Source: a virus
IMG/VR virus record: IMGVR_UViG_3300020183_000011
Direction: 5' to 3' (one strand)
Length of the DNA stretch: 64,000 bases
Under the pieces are notes generated by a model that did not search any database, was not told the DNA's origin, and worked only from the letters and a program-made list of their open reading frames with translations. A program made the translations under genes and the position numbers. Shown here piece after piece: positions 1 through 8,974 of this stretch (its first letter is position 1; every line of letters starts with the position of its first letter).

Positions 1-2
1 CT

Positions 3-290
3 TTAATATTCATATTAAATCTAAAAGATCAATACAATGGTTCTAAATTCAATGTTGTAGGTAAAGAAGAAATAAATAATCTACAATTAGCACAAATTAT
101 ATCTGATGCACAAGGCAAAAAACTTATCTATGAGTTATCGGACTTTCATAGTGCAAGACCCGGTCATGACTTACGATATGCTTTAGATGGTGGTTTATTA
201 AGAGAACTTGGGTGGGAACCTAAGATATCGCTTAAAGAACGTATCAAAGAAGTCGTTGATTGGACATTAAAAAACGATAGATGGTTATAA
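3..290 (+). CDS. rmlB: C-terminal fragment of a dTDP-glucose 4,6-dehydratase-like NAD-dependent epimerase/dehydratase (5' end outside the window)
   Basis: Hand translation from nt 3 gives ...FNVVGKEEINNLQLAQII...ARPGHDLRYALDGGLLRELGWEP...VVDWTLKNDRWL*. RPGHDxRYAxD and LGWEP are typical of the RmlB C-terminus. Confidence 0.75.
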   Translation, partial: LIFILNLKDQYNGSKFNVVGKEEINNLQLAQIISDAQGKKLIYELSDFHSARPGHDLRYALDGGLLRELGWEPKISLKERIKEVVDWTLKNDRWL

Positions 291-312
291 ACTTATAACA
301 TAAATAATATAT

Positions 313-642
313 ATGGATCAAATAACGATAGACGAATCAGCTGCTAATAAGATTAAAACTCTCTTAGCTGACGAGGAAAACAAAGATTTATTGCTACGCA
401 TATTCGTGTCTGGAGGCGGGTGCTCCGGATTTCAATACGGGTTCACGTTTGATGAATGTCAAAATGAAGACGACTTTGTCATAGAACAATATGGTATTAA
501 ACTATTAGTAGACGCCATGAGCATGCAGTATTTAACAGGTGCAGAGATAGGTTATAAAACATCTTTAATGGGAGAACAATTTGAGATAAAGAACCCAAAT
601 GCTACAAGTAAATGTGGATGCGGTTCATCATTCTCAGCATAA
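313..642 (+). CDS. erpA: A-type Fe-S cluster insertion protein (ErpA/IscA, HesB family)
   Basis: [17 protein letters not shown] and C-terminal CGCGSSF motifs. Confidence 0.92.
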   Translation: MDQITIDESAANKIKTLLADEENKDLLLRIFVSGGGCSGFQYGFTFDECQNEDDFVIEQYGIKLLVDAMSMQYLTGAEIGYKTSLMGEQFEIKNPNATSKCGCGSSFSA

Positions 643-643
643 T

Positions 644-1051
644 ATGGCTTATTCAGATAAAGTTTTAGATCACTATGAAAACCCGAGAAATGTAGGAAGC
701 CTTGATAAAGCAGATCCAAATGTAGGAACAGGGATGGTGGGTGCACCTGCTTGCGGTGACGTCATGAAATTACAAATTCAAGTAGGAGAAGATGGTGTTA
801 TCGAAGATGCAAAGTTTAAAACTTATGGTTGCGGTTCTGCTATTGCCAGTTCTAGTCTTGTTACAGAATGGCTCAAGGGCAAAACACTTGACGAGGCAAT
901 TGCAATCAAGAATTCAGATATTGCGGAAGAATTAGCTTTACCTCCTGTAAAAATTCACTGTTCAGTTTTAGCTGAAGATGCTATTAAAGCAGCTATCGCT
1001 GATCTTCAAAATAAACAAGTAAAAGCAGCCAAGTGTGTCTGCAAAGTATGA
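644..1051 (+). CDS. iscU: Fe-S cluster scaffold protein IscU
   Basis: MAYSDKVLDHYENPRNVG, GAPACGDVMKLQI, FKTYGCGSAIASSS, LPPVKIHCSVLAEDA. The true start is ATG 644, not 599. Confidence 0.95.
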   Translation: MAYSDKVLDHYENPRNVGSLDKADPNVGTGMVGAPACGDVMKLQIQVGEDGVIEDAKFKTYGCGSAIASSSLVTEWLKGKTLDEAIAIKNSDIAEELALPPVKIHCSVLAEDAIKAAIADLQNKQVKAAKCVCKV

Positions 1052-2067
1052 ATACAGTAATGTTAATCTCAGCGCTTTCATTAAGCGCAATCGCAGCATT
1101 TTACTCGATCGCTGGACTAGCTGCCATATTCGCTGCAGCTGTGGTGCCTATCATCATCATGGGAGGCATCTTAGAAGTATCTAAGTTGGTCGTCGCGTCA
1201 TGGTTATACCAGAACTGGGATGAAGTCCCATTCTCATTCAAAGCATACTTTACTTCTGCTATCGTTATCCTCATGATGTTAACATCTATGGGTATCTTTG
1301 GCTTCTTATCAAAGGCACACTTAGACCAAGCAGTTCCAGCTGGAGATATTACAGCTCAGGTCCAGATCTTTGATGACAAGATCAAGACTGAAAGAGAGAA
1401 CATTGAAGCAGCTCGTAAAGCATTAAAACAAATGGACGCTCAGGTAGACGAGAAGCTTGCTCGTACTACAGACGATAAAGGAACAGAACGTGCAGTACAG
1501 ATCCGTAGAGCTCAATCATCTGAACGTAAGAAACTACAGAACGAGATCACTGTAGCTCAGGCATCTATAGTTAAACTACAAGCTGAGCGAGCTCCTGTCG
1601 CATCTCAAGCTCGTAAGGTCGAGGCTGAAGTTGGTCCGGTTAAGTATATCGCAGCTTTAATCTATGGAGATACCTTAGACCAGAACATGCTGGAAAAAGC
1701 TGTCCGTTGGGTCATCATCATGATCGTCTTGGTGTTTGATCCGCTTGCAGTTCTTATGCTAGTGGCAGTAAACTGGTCTTTAAAAAAAAGACAACCTGAA
1801 GTAGAGCCGGAAGAACTTCCTGAGGATCTATCACCTTGGCTGAATTATCCTATTGATTTAAAGAAACCAAAAAGAAAACCCCGTAAACGTAAGTGGCTTG
1901 AACCTGATCCTGTACCTCTACCAGAGGAAGCAGAATGGAATGATGGAACACATTATGATCCAGATGAGTATGTCTCCCCTTCAAAGACCATTGAGCAAGA
2001 AGTTGACGAACTTAATCATAAGCCTTTGAATTCATTAGAAAGATTAAATAAAAAATACGGACCCTAA
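1048..2067 (+). CDS. Multi-pass membrane protein with a long coiled coil (conserved phage hypothetical)
   Basis: About 3 N-terminal TM helices, an E/K/Q/A-rich heptad region, a further TM (VIIMIVLVFDPLAVLMLVAV) and a charged tail. ATGA overlap with the iscU stop. Confidence 0.7.
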   Translation: MNTVMLISALSLSAIAAFYSIAGLAAIFAAAVVPIIIMGGILEVSKLVVASWLYQNWDEVPFSFKAYFTSAIVILMMLTSMGIFGFLSKAHLDQAVPAGDITAQVQIFDDKIKTERENIEAARKALKQMDAQVDEKLARTTDDKGTERAVQIRRAQSSERKKLQNEITVAQASIVKLQAERAPVASQARKVEAEVGPVKYIAALIYGDTLDQNMLEKAVRWVIIMIVLVFDPLAVLMLVAVNWSLKKRQPEVEPEELPEDLSPWLNYPIDLKKPKRKPRKRKWLEPDPVPLPEEAEWNDGTHYDPDEYVSPSKTIEQEVDELNHKPLNSLERLNKKYGP

Positions 2068-2072
2068 ACTAT

Positions 2073-2080
2073 TATAAATA
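2073..2080 (+). promoter_or_regulatory. T4-type late promoter (TATAAATA) heading the membrane protein/csg cluster
   Basis: Exact TATAAATA with ATG 2085 five nt downstream. Confidence 0.75.
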
Positions 2081-2084
2081 GTAC

Positions 2085-2363
2085 ATGGGCGATATTTTTA
2101 AACTAATTGCTGATGTAGGATTCCCAATAGCCGGAGCATGTGCTGCTGGATATTTTGTGTTTCTTACCGTTAAATTTATCCTTGATGGGGTGACAGGCTC
2201 AGTAAAGGGTATGTCTAACATCATTAAAGCTTTGGATAGACGGGTAGCAGCAATGAATCACGACGTTATTCGCATAGATACTAAGGTGTCTCATGCATTA
2301 GGTATACCACCAGATCTAGATAGGATCGCGAGGGCCGAACAGTCAGACGCTAGGAGAGACTAG
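2085..2363 (+). CDS. Small single-TM plus coiled-coil membrane protein (YvrJ/BhlA-like, holin-like)
   Basis: N-terminal LIADVGFPIA...YFVF TM segment followed by a heptad region; paralog of the next ORF. Confidence 0.55.
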   Translation: MGDIFKLIADVGFPIAGACAAGYFVFLTVKFILDGVTGSVKGMSNIIKALDRRVAAMNHDVIRIDTKVSHALGIPPDLDRIARAEQSDARRD

Positions 2364-2632
2364 TGGAAGATATAGCTGACTTAATAAGCAAGTATGGGTT
2401 TCCCATCGTTGCAGCAGGCGGATTAGGATACTTCGTCTACTATATATGGAAATGGGTAACTGAAGAGATAGACCCTGTAATAGGTGAATCAAATAAAGTT
2501 TTAATTGAACTGATCGATCGTATCCGCATGTTGGATAATGACTTGATCAGGCTCAACCAAAAAGTGAATGTCATTTTGTCTTTAAGAGAGAGGGAAGAAA
2601 ATGAAGTTCACGATAAGGATACTAAGTCTTAG
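2363..2632 (+). CDS. Small single-TM plus coiled-coil membrane protein, paralog of 2085..2363
   Basis: LISKYGFPIVAAGGLGYFVYY...DLIRLNQKV aligns with the preceding ORF; GTG start overlaps the TAG stop. Confidence 0.55.
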   Translation: MEDIADLISKYGFPIVAAGGLGYFVYYIWKWVTEEIDPVIGESNKVLIELIDRIRMLDNDLIRLNQKVNVILSLREREENEVHDKDTKS

Positions 2633-3053
2633 TATTTTACTGATAGGTTGTGTCGCTCAGGCCCAACCACTCCCTGATTATACGTTCAAGAATCCATCCT
2701 TTAATGGAAATGGATACAGTAGCCACATATTGACTATTGAAAATCAAGAACGAACACGAAAAGATAATATCAAGAAAGAGATCCAAGCTGCATTAGATAA
2801 AGCAAAAAACGATGCTAACAACACTAATGTAGCTAAGTTCCTTAACAACCTTGAAAGCCGTATATATGCACAGATTAGTCAAAACCTAGCAACAGAGATG
2901 TTTGCAGATGGTGGTGCAACAAGTGGTACATTAAATTTCGAAGGTAACATCATAAATTGGAACAGGACTGGTACTGAGATCACAATGAACGTGACTGACT
3001 ATCTAGGCAGCACAACGACTGTTGTTATACCACTAGGACAGTGGCAATTCTAA
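2601..3053 (+). CDS. csgF: Curli assembly protein CsgF-like
   Basis: Signal peptide followed by YTFKNPSFNGNG (CsgF FxNPxFGG-type motif), FLNNLESRIYAQISQNL and a C-terminal G-STTTVVIP; directly upstream of csgG. Confidence 0.8.
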   Translation: MKFTIRILSLSILLIGCVAQAQPLPDYTFKNPSFNGNGYSSHILTIENQERTRKDNIKKEIQAALDKAKNDANNTNVAKFLNNLESRIYAQISQNLATEMFADGGATSGTLNFEGNIINWNRTGTEITMNVTDYLGSTTTVVIPLGQWQF

Positions 3054-3054
3054 A

Positions 3055-3855
3055 ATGTATAAACTACTAATTTTATTATCGCTGATGTTTTTAGCTGGTT
3101 GTGCAACTACTCGCGTAGTCACTACACCAGAAAAGCCTGTAGAGGTGAAGAGTATCATGCAAAAAGAGTTTGATACTATACCTCCACCTGCTGGTAGACC
3201 GATTATCGTAGCTGTATATACGTTTATTGATAAGACTGGTCAAAGAAGACCTGCTGCTAATTTTGCAAACCTTAGTTCAGCGGTAACACAAGGAGCCGAG
3301 GCTTTCTTAATAAAGGCTTTACAAGATGTAGGTAAAGGTGTTTGGTTTGAAGTCGTCGAAAGGGTAGGTATCGATAGCTTGACTAAAGAGAGACAACTAA
3401 TTCGTCAGATGCGTGAGGCGTATGATGGTCCTAAAGCTAAACCGTTAGGTCCAATGCTTTATGCAGGTGTCATCGTAGAAGGTGGTATAACTGGATATGA
3501 TACAAGCGTTAAGAGTGGTGGTAGTGCTGCACGTATGTTAGGCATTGGACCACAGACACAATACAGCGAAGACATAGTAACAGTAAGTCTTAGAGTTATT
3601 AGTGTAAACTCTGGTAAAGTTTTAGCTGCTGTAAATATACAGAAAACTATTTACAGCGCTAGTGATAGCATGGCAGTATTAAAGTTTATTAAAGATGGAA
3701 CACAGGCATTTGAGATAGAAAGTGGGTTAACCATAAATGAGCCTGGAACTCAAGCAGTAAAAGCTGCTATAGAGAGTGCAGTAGTAGAGTTAATAAAAGA
3801 AGGTAGCAAGAAAGGTATCTGGGAATTCTCCTATGAACCCTTGCAACCACAATAA
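3055..3855 (+). CDS. csgG: Curli secretion channel lipoprotein CsgG
   Basis: Lipobox LAGC; VAVYTFIDKTGQRRP, SSAVTQGA, WFEVVERVGIDSLTKERQLIR, EGGITGYD, NEP...AVKAAIESAVVELI..G. Confidence 0.92.
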   Translation: MYKLLILLSLMFLAGCATTRVVTTPEKPVEVKSIMQKEFDTIPPPAGRPIIVAVYTFIDKTGQRRPAANFANLSSAVTQGAEAFLIKALQDVGKGVWFEVVERVGIDSLTKERQLIRQMREAYDGPKAKPLGPMLYAGVIVEGGITGYDTSVKSGGSAARMLGIGPQTQYSEDIVTVSLRVISVNSGKVLAAVNIQKTIYSASDSMAVLKFIKDGTQAFEIESGLTINEPGTQAVKAAIESAVVELIKEGSKKGIWEFSYEPLQPQ

Positions 3856-3861
3856 GGAAAG

Positions 3862-4650
3862 ATGATGATAAAATCATTAAAACTTTTTATCATGATTTTA
3901 TTATTAAGTTTCAATGCATGGGCTGCAGACAATAGTATCTACATTGATCAAAGTGGTGATAACAGCACCATCGATGTGATACAAACTGGTGCAGGTAACG
4001 TCATACGTGGCATACAAGGAGTTGGTACAGGTAACACAACACCAGCAAAGATGTATGGTAACAACAGTGTAATCGATATCCAACAAATTGGTAGTACTAA
4101 CACATTAAACTTAGGTTTAAACGTAAGTACAGCAGTTGGTCGTGCGTATGGTATCGACTTAACATACTATGTAACTGGTAATAATGGTACAGCAACCATC
4201 AACAGTAACAATGCTGGTTCAGGTACAAGTGGAAGTAACTTCATAGATGTGCGTCAAACTGGTAACAGTGCAAGCATTAACTTGAACGTATTAGGTAGTA
4301 AGAATGACTTTACTGCTGTTACATCAGGTGGAGCTTCTAACAGTATCACTGCTACTATTAATGCAAACGAGACAGTAAGTAATATTAGTATGACTGGTGG
4401 TGCAAGTAATACATTTACTGGTACTCTTAGCAGCAACAAAGGTCAAGTTAACGTAACTACTGTTGGCGCAAGTAATGGTGTGACACTATCGCAAACTGGT
4501 ACTGCTGGTATTAATGGTCATGAATTTACACTAAACCTAACTGGATCTAGTAACACGTTTGGTGTTACTCAATCTGGAACTATTGACACAACAGTTAATG
4601 TATTGAGTTCTGGAAGCGGTAATACATGGAACATTACTACTGGAAATTAA
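3862..4650 (+). CDS. Secreted curlin-repeat protein (CsgA/CsgB-like)
   Basis: Signal peptide (…FNAWA) and G/N/S/T-rich imperfect curlin repeats: NSIYIDQSGDNSTIDVIQTGAGN, NSVIDIQQIGSTN, NFIDVRQTGNS, NGVTLSQTG, NTFGVTQSG. Confidence 0.72.
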   Translation: MMIKSLKLFIMILLLSFNAWAADNSIYIDQSGDNSTIDVIQTGAGNVIRGIQGVGTGNTTPAKMYGNNSVIDIQQIGSTNTLNLGLNVSTAVGRAYGIDLTYYVTGNNGTATINSNNAGSGTSGSNFIDVRQTGNSASINLNVLGSKNDFTAVTSGGASNSITATINANETVSNISMTGGASNTFTGTLSSNKGQVNVTTVGASNGVTLSQTGTAGINGHEFTLNLTGSSNTFGVTQSGTIDTTVNVLSSGSGNTWNITTGN

Positions 4651-5744
4651 TATGTATCATATTGCTCTGGCCGCAACTAACACTTGCGGCCGTGGGTAGT
4701 ATAACTGAACTTCAAAACACCCCCGCAAACATCCAACGTAAAGGCTCTAGTCTTACCGGAAATAAAGGTATAGGTGTAGAGATGAACGACGTCGTCAAGA
4801 CGGCTCAAGGCAAAACAGGTATAACTTTTGCTGACGACACAAGAGTACAAGTAAGTGAAAACAGTAAGCTAGTCATCGATGACTTTGTGTATGACCCTAA
4901 TAGCAAGAAGGGTGGTAAGCTTGCAATGAAGGTCGCTTTAGGCACAGTACGTTATGCATCAGGTGCAGTCGCACATAATAACCCAGACAACGTTAAGATC
5001 AATACACCAAGCGCTACTATCGCAGTCAGAGGTACAGACTTTACTGCTACAGTAGACGAGTTAGGTAGGAGCACCATAATCTTATTACCAAGTTGTCCTA
5101 AAGATTATAAAGACGTCATACTTGATTGTAAGACTGGTAAAATCGAAGTACTTACAGACGAAGGCAAAGTTGTATTAGATCAACCGTTTCAAGCCACGAG
5201 GGTTGATAACAGAGATAGTAAGCCGTTTAAACCAGTTACTTTAAACTTAGATGAAACTCAAATAAGTAACATACTCATATTAAGTCCACCAAAAGAGCTT
5301 AGAGAGTCTGATGAAGATAAATCTAAGAAGAGATCTGAAGTAAAAGGTGCACTAGATGTAGACTTCTTAGCGGAGAACAAACTCATAAACGTGTTAGAAA
5401 AACAGGCAGCTGAGACATATAAGAGCAAGCTAGATCGAAACTTCTTAGATAATGATTTATTAGCAAACATACTAGACATCATCAATGCACAATTAGCAGC
5501 TCAATTAGATCTATTAGGTAAGACTAAGTCTGGATTATTACCAGATTATATACCAACTTCTGGTGTATTAGTTGAAGTCGATGATCTACAAGTCACATTA
5601 TGTCGTGAAGGTAACGGAGATGTACAATGCATCACGACTCCAAAAAATCAAAATACAACCATAACACAAACTCAAGGACCAGTAGAGATCAAGAATAGGA
5701 TTAACAATGGTGGTAACACGGTTATTAACGCTACTCAAAATTAG
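4626..5744 (+). CDS. Secreted/periplasmic FecR-domain protein
   Basis: Signal peptide; VEMNDVVKT..G...ITFADDTRVQVSENSKLVID, GTVRYASG and INTPSATIAVRGTDF are FecR hallmarks. Confidence 0.85.
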   Translation: MEHYYWKLICIILLWPQLTLAAVGSITELQNTPANIQRKGSSLTGNKGIGVEMNDVVKTAQGKTGITFADDTRVQVSENSKLVIDDFVYDPNSKKGGKLAMKVALGTVRYASGAVAHNNPDNVKINTPSATIAVRGTDFTATVDELGRSTIILLPSCPKDYKDVILDCKTGKIEVLTDEGKVVLDQPFQATRVDNRDSKPFKPVTLNLDETQISNILILSPPKELRESDEDKSKKRSEVKGALDVDFLAENKLINVLEKQAAETYKSKLDRNFLDNDLLANILDIINAQLAAQLDLLGKTKSGLLPDYIPTSGVLVEVDDLQVTLCREGNGDVQCITTPKNQNTTITQTQGPVEIKNRINNGGNTVINATQN

Positions 5745-7230
5745 TCTATTGTTATTTTGCTTAGGTGCAAAAGCTGAAACTTTAGGTATAGGCTTTGAAA
5801 ATAATAGCATAGACGGGTGGACAGTTTCTGGAACATTAGCCGCTACGAAGAGTACATGGAGTTCTACAGGAGTGGGTGTAGCTCTTACCACAGGAGTTAC
5901 AAACTATAGTCCAGGTGGAGGTAAGACGTGGAACATAAACCCATATGGATCTTATATGGCTAGTATACAAGCTGGATCTTCAAACACTGTTACTTTTGAT
6001 AGTGCTATCAGCAGCTTAGGGTTGACTGGCACTGAAAATACTGCTATTAAACAATACCTGACATATCAATCACAAAACGGTGGAGGTGGAAACCCTACTC
6101 CAACTAATTCTAGCTGGATGAAAAAAACTTTTACGTTACAAACTGGTGTAACATACACGATTGCTTGGCAATACTTGAGTACAGACTACACACCATATAA
6201 TGACGGTAGTATCATGACACTAACACACACTAGTAATGCTAATATCATGCCAACACTAAACAACCTTGCACAAAGATATGCATTGTTAGGTTTTACAAAT
6301 CCTGGAACCGGTAACTATGCTACAGGCAGTTATGGAGCTACAGGATGGCAAGTAGCTCAGTTTACTGTTCCAGAAAATGGTAGTTATACTTTAGGCTTTG
6401 CATCGTTTAACTTAGGTGACACTGCATTGAGTCCTATCTTATTCATAGACGTCATGCAAGGAACTACTACACTCAATGGACAAACGTTTACACCAGTAAC
6501 ACCAAATGCTGGTAGCTCTGCTCCACCTCCTCCAGCTCCAGGCCCATCTTACAGTTCTGGAATAACACCAGCACAAACGACTACAAAGAACAATGCAAAT
6601 ACTATCAGACAAGGACAACATGGTAACGAGATATACGTTGAACAGTCTGGAAATAACAACACCTTTGATATTAGTCAAGGAGCTACAGTTACGGGTAAAG
6701 CTAGGATAGAACTATATTCTACGGGAGATAATAATACTTTTAACTTGAAACAAGGAAAGAACTCTGATGGCACTACGCCTTTGGCTGATAGTAATAATCA
6801 TTACTTATACTTTAACCTAAACGGTAGCTCAAACAATATCACTACAAGACAAGTGGATGGGACGACTTCAGGATCTGGTCATTTTAATCATTCGACTGTG
6901 GCTGGAAGCAATAACAGTATATTAAACTTACAAACTGGATCTGGTAGCAAGACTTTATTTCAAAGCGTAACTGGTAATAATAACACTGTGTCGACTACTC
7001 AGCAAGATTCTGGTCAACACTACTTAGACCTTAAACTAACTGGTCCTGGTCATAACACGACCATACTTCAGTCTGGTTCAGGTAATCATGCAGCAACCAT
7101 AGACTTAACAAATTCTGGTGGAGCAGCTACATTAAACCTTAATCAGTCAGGATCAACTAATCAAGTTTACAGTATCCAACAAAGTTGTGTTACTGCTGCA
7201 GGTTGCTCAACAAGCATCACACAACCATAG
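5707..7230 (+). CDS. Secreted two-domain protein: N-terminal globular beta domain, Pro linker, C-terminal curlin repeats
   Basis: Signal peptide (LLLFCLGAKA); SSAPPPPAPGPS linker; NEIYVEQSGNNNTFDISQG, NNTFNLKQG, NNITTRQ, NNSILNLQTG, NTVSTTQQ, HNTTILQSGSGN; ends QQSCVTAAGCSTSITQP. Confidence 0.7.
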   Translation: MVVTRLLTLLKISLLLFCLGAKAETLGIGFENNSIDGWTVSGTLAATKSTWSSTGVGVALTTGVTNYSPGGGKTWNINPYGSYMASIQAGSSNTVTFDSAISSLGLTGTENTAIKQYLTYQSQNGGGGNPTPTNSSWMKKTFTLQTGVTYTIAWQYLSTDYTPYNDGSIMTLTHTSNANIMPTLNNLAQRYALLGFTNPGTGNYATGSYGATGWQVAQFTVPENGSYTLGFASFNLGDTALSPILFIDVMQGTTTLNGQTFTPVTPNAGSSAPPPPAPGPSYSSGITPAQTTTKNNANTIRQGQHGNEIYVEQSGNNNTFDISQGATVTGKARIELYSTGDNNTFNLKQGKNSDGTTPLADSNNHYLYFNLNGSSNNITTRQVDGTTSGSGHFNHSTVAGSNNSILNLQTGSGSKTLFQSVTGNNNTVSTTQQDSGQHYLDLKLTGPGHNTTILQSGSGNHAATIDLTNSGGAATLNLNQSGSTNQVYSIQQSCVTAAGCSTSITQP

Positions 7231-7241
7231 ATAAATAACAA

Positions 7242-7985
7242 ATGAAAAAGTATAAGACTATTTGCATCTCTGACACTCATCTTGGTTCTAAGGATGCTAA
7301 GGCTGATCTACTTAATAATTTCCTTAAACACCATGAATGTGATAATCTGTTCTTAGTAGGAGACATCATAGATGGATGGAAGATACAGCAGAACAAATGG
7401 AAATGGAAGCAAAGCCATACTAATGTTATCCGTAGGATACTAGGTTATGCTAAACGTGGAACTAAGGTTACATATGTGACTGGCAACCATGATGAGTTCC
7501 TTAGACCATTCGTCAATCAGTTTGCTTTAGGTTCTATTACTATATGTAACCAAGCAGAGTATAGAGACACTGATGGAAACCTATTCTTAGTAACACATGG
7601 TGACATGTTTGATGGTATTACAAGAGTTGGTAAATGGATTGGGTTTCTTGGCGATACAGCTTATGATTGTGTATTATGGATCAATACTAAATTTAACTAC
7701 ATAAGACATAGGTTAGGGTTTGGTTATTGGTCATTAAGTAAGTTTCTTAAACATCAAGTAAAGAAAGCGATAGATTTTGTATTCAAATTCGAAGAAAACC
7801 TTGCAGGATACTGTGAACGAAAAAACTTTGATGGAGTTATTTGCGGCCATATCCATACTCCACAGATTAAGACAATCAATGGAATAATCTACATGAATGA
7901 TGGTGACTGGGTAGAATCATGCTCAGCTCTTGTAGAACATGAAGATGGTAAATGGGAAATAATTTATTGGAATGAGATCATATGA
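7242..7985 (+). CDS. plcP: PlcP-like metallophosphoesterase (phospholipase C; family often annotated as UDP-2,3-diacylglucosamine hydrolase)
   Basis: ISDTHLG, LVGDIIDGW, GNHDEFLR, HGDMFD, LGDTAYD, LGFGYWSLS..LK..VKKA, GVICGHIH, YMNDGDWVESCSALVE. Confidence 0.78.
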   Translation: MKKYKTICISDTHLGSKDAKADLLNNFLKHHECDNLFLVGDIIDGWKIQQNKWKWKQSHTNVIRRILGYAKRGTKVTYVTGNHDEFLRPFVNQFALGSITICNQAEYRDTDGNLFLVTHGDMFDGITRVGKWIGFLGDTAYDCVLWINTKFNYIRHRLGFGYWSLSKFLKHQVKKAIDFVFKFEENLAGYCERKNFDGVICGHIHTPQIKTINGIIYMNDGDWVESCSALVEHEDGKWEIIYWNEII

Positions 7986-8974
7986 AGATATTAATAGTAA
8001 CAGACAATTTAAGAGATCAAGTCAATGGCGTTGTCACTACATACAAAAATATTGAGGATCATGCTGTTTCTGCTGGTCATAGTATTGTTTATCTTGATCC
8101 CGGGAAGTTCCGTCATATTAGCTGTCCTTTTTATCCTGAGGTCAAACTTTCCCTTCCTTCGTTCTTTATCAGTAAGATTAAGAAGATGGGTGCGGATCGT
8201 ATTCACATCGCGACAGAGGGACCGCTAGGACTATTTGCAAAGTTCTACTGTGACGCAAACAAGATACCATACACTACAGCGTATCATACTAAGTTTCCAG
8301 AATTCTTAAAAAAATTATTATGGATACCTACATCTATCACATATAGGTATCTTAAATGGTTTCACAAGTATTCAAAAGCTGTGTTAGTACCGAGTGAATC
8401 GATGAGCATAGAATTGCAATCTAAGGGGTTTGTAAATCTAGTTATATGGACTAGAGGCGTATCAAAAGATCTCATAGAAAAGCGTAAAGACAAAACAAAG
8501 AATATGCCTCCAAAGATTTTGTATGTAGGTCGGGTAAGCAAAGAAAAGAACTTAGAAGACTTATGTAATTTACAAAATATGTATGATATCACTGTAGTCG
8601 GAGACGGGCCTATTTTACCTCAGCTGATCCGCAAATACAGAAAGGTTAACTTTACTGGTTATAAATTTGGAGATGAATTAAAGCAAATATATGTAGAGAA
8701 CGACATATTTGTTTTCCCAAGTCTAACTGATACTTTTGGTATAGTTATCATAGAAGCTTTATGTAATGGATTACCTGTAGCAGCATATAGGGTAACTGGT
8801 CCACAAGATATCATTGAATATGGTGTTACAGGATATCTAAGCATGTATGGCAATGGGTTACAGTCTGCTATAGAAAAATGTAAGTCATTAGATAACGTTA
8901 AAGTACAAGAATTATCTATTAAAACATGGACTTGGAAAAATTGTTTTGATATATTTATCAAAGCTGTTAAATAA
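7982..8974 (+). CDS. agt: GT4 glycosyltransferase, Agt-like (diacylglycerol glycosyltransferase)
   Basis: MKILIVTD...QVNGVV, YPEVKL, IHIATEGPLG, TTAYHTKFPE, WTRGV, YVGRVSKEKN, FVFPSLTDTFGIVIIEA..GLPVAAY; ATGA-coupled to the plcP-like gene. Confidence 0.75.
   Translation: MKILIVTDNLRDQVNGVVTTYKNIEDHAVSAGHSIVYLDPGKFRHISCPFYPEVKLSLPSFFISKIKKMGADRIHIATEGPLGLFAKFYCDANKIPYTTAYHTKFPEFLKKLLWIPTSITYRYLKWFHKYSKAVLVPSESMSIELQSKGFVNLVIWTRGVSKDLIEKRKDKTKNMPPKILYVGRVSKEKNLEDLCNLQNMYDITVVGDGPILPQLIRKYRKVNFTGYKFGDELKQIYVENDIFVFPSLTDTFGIVIIEALCNGLPVAAYRVTGPQDIIEYGVTGYLSMYGNGLQSAIEKCKSLDNVKVQELSIKTWTWKNCFDIFIKAVK

Noticed and set aside
7200-7241. Pho box upstream of the plcP-like gene
   Set aside because: No CTGTCAT-like direct repeat with 11 nt period is visible; only a late-like GATAAATA.
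7242-7985. LpxH (lipid A biosynthesis) annotation
   Set aside because: It has GNHD rather than GNRD, carries PlcP-type motifs and is coupled to an Agt-like GT4.
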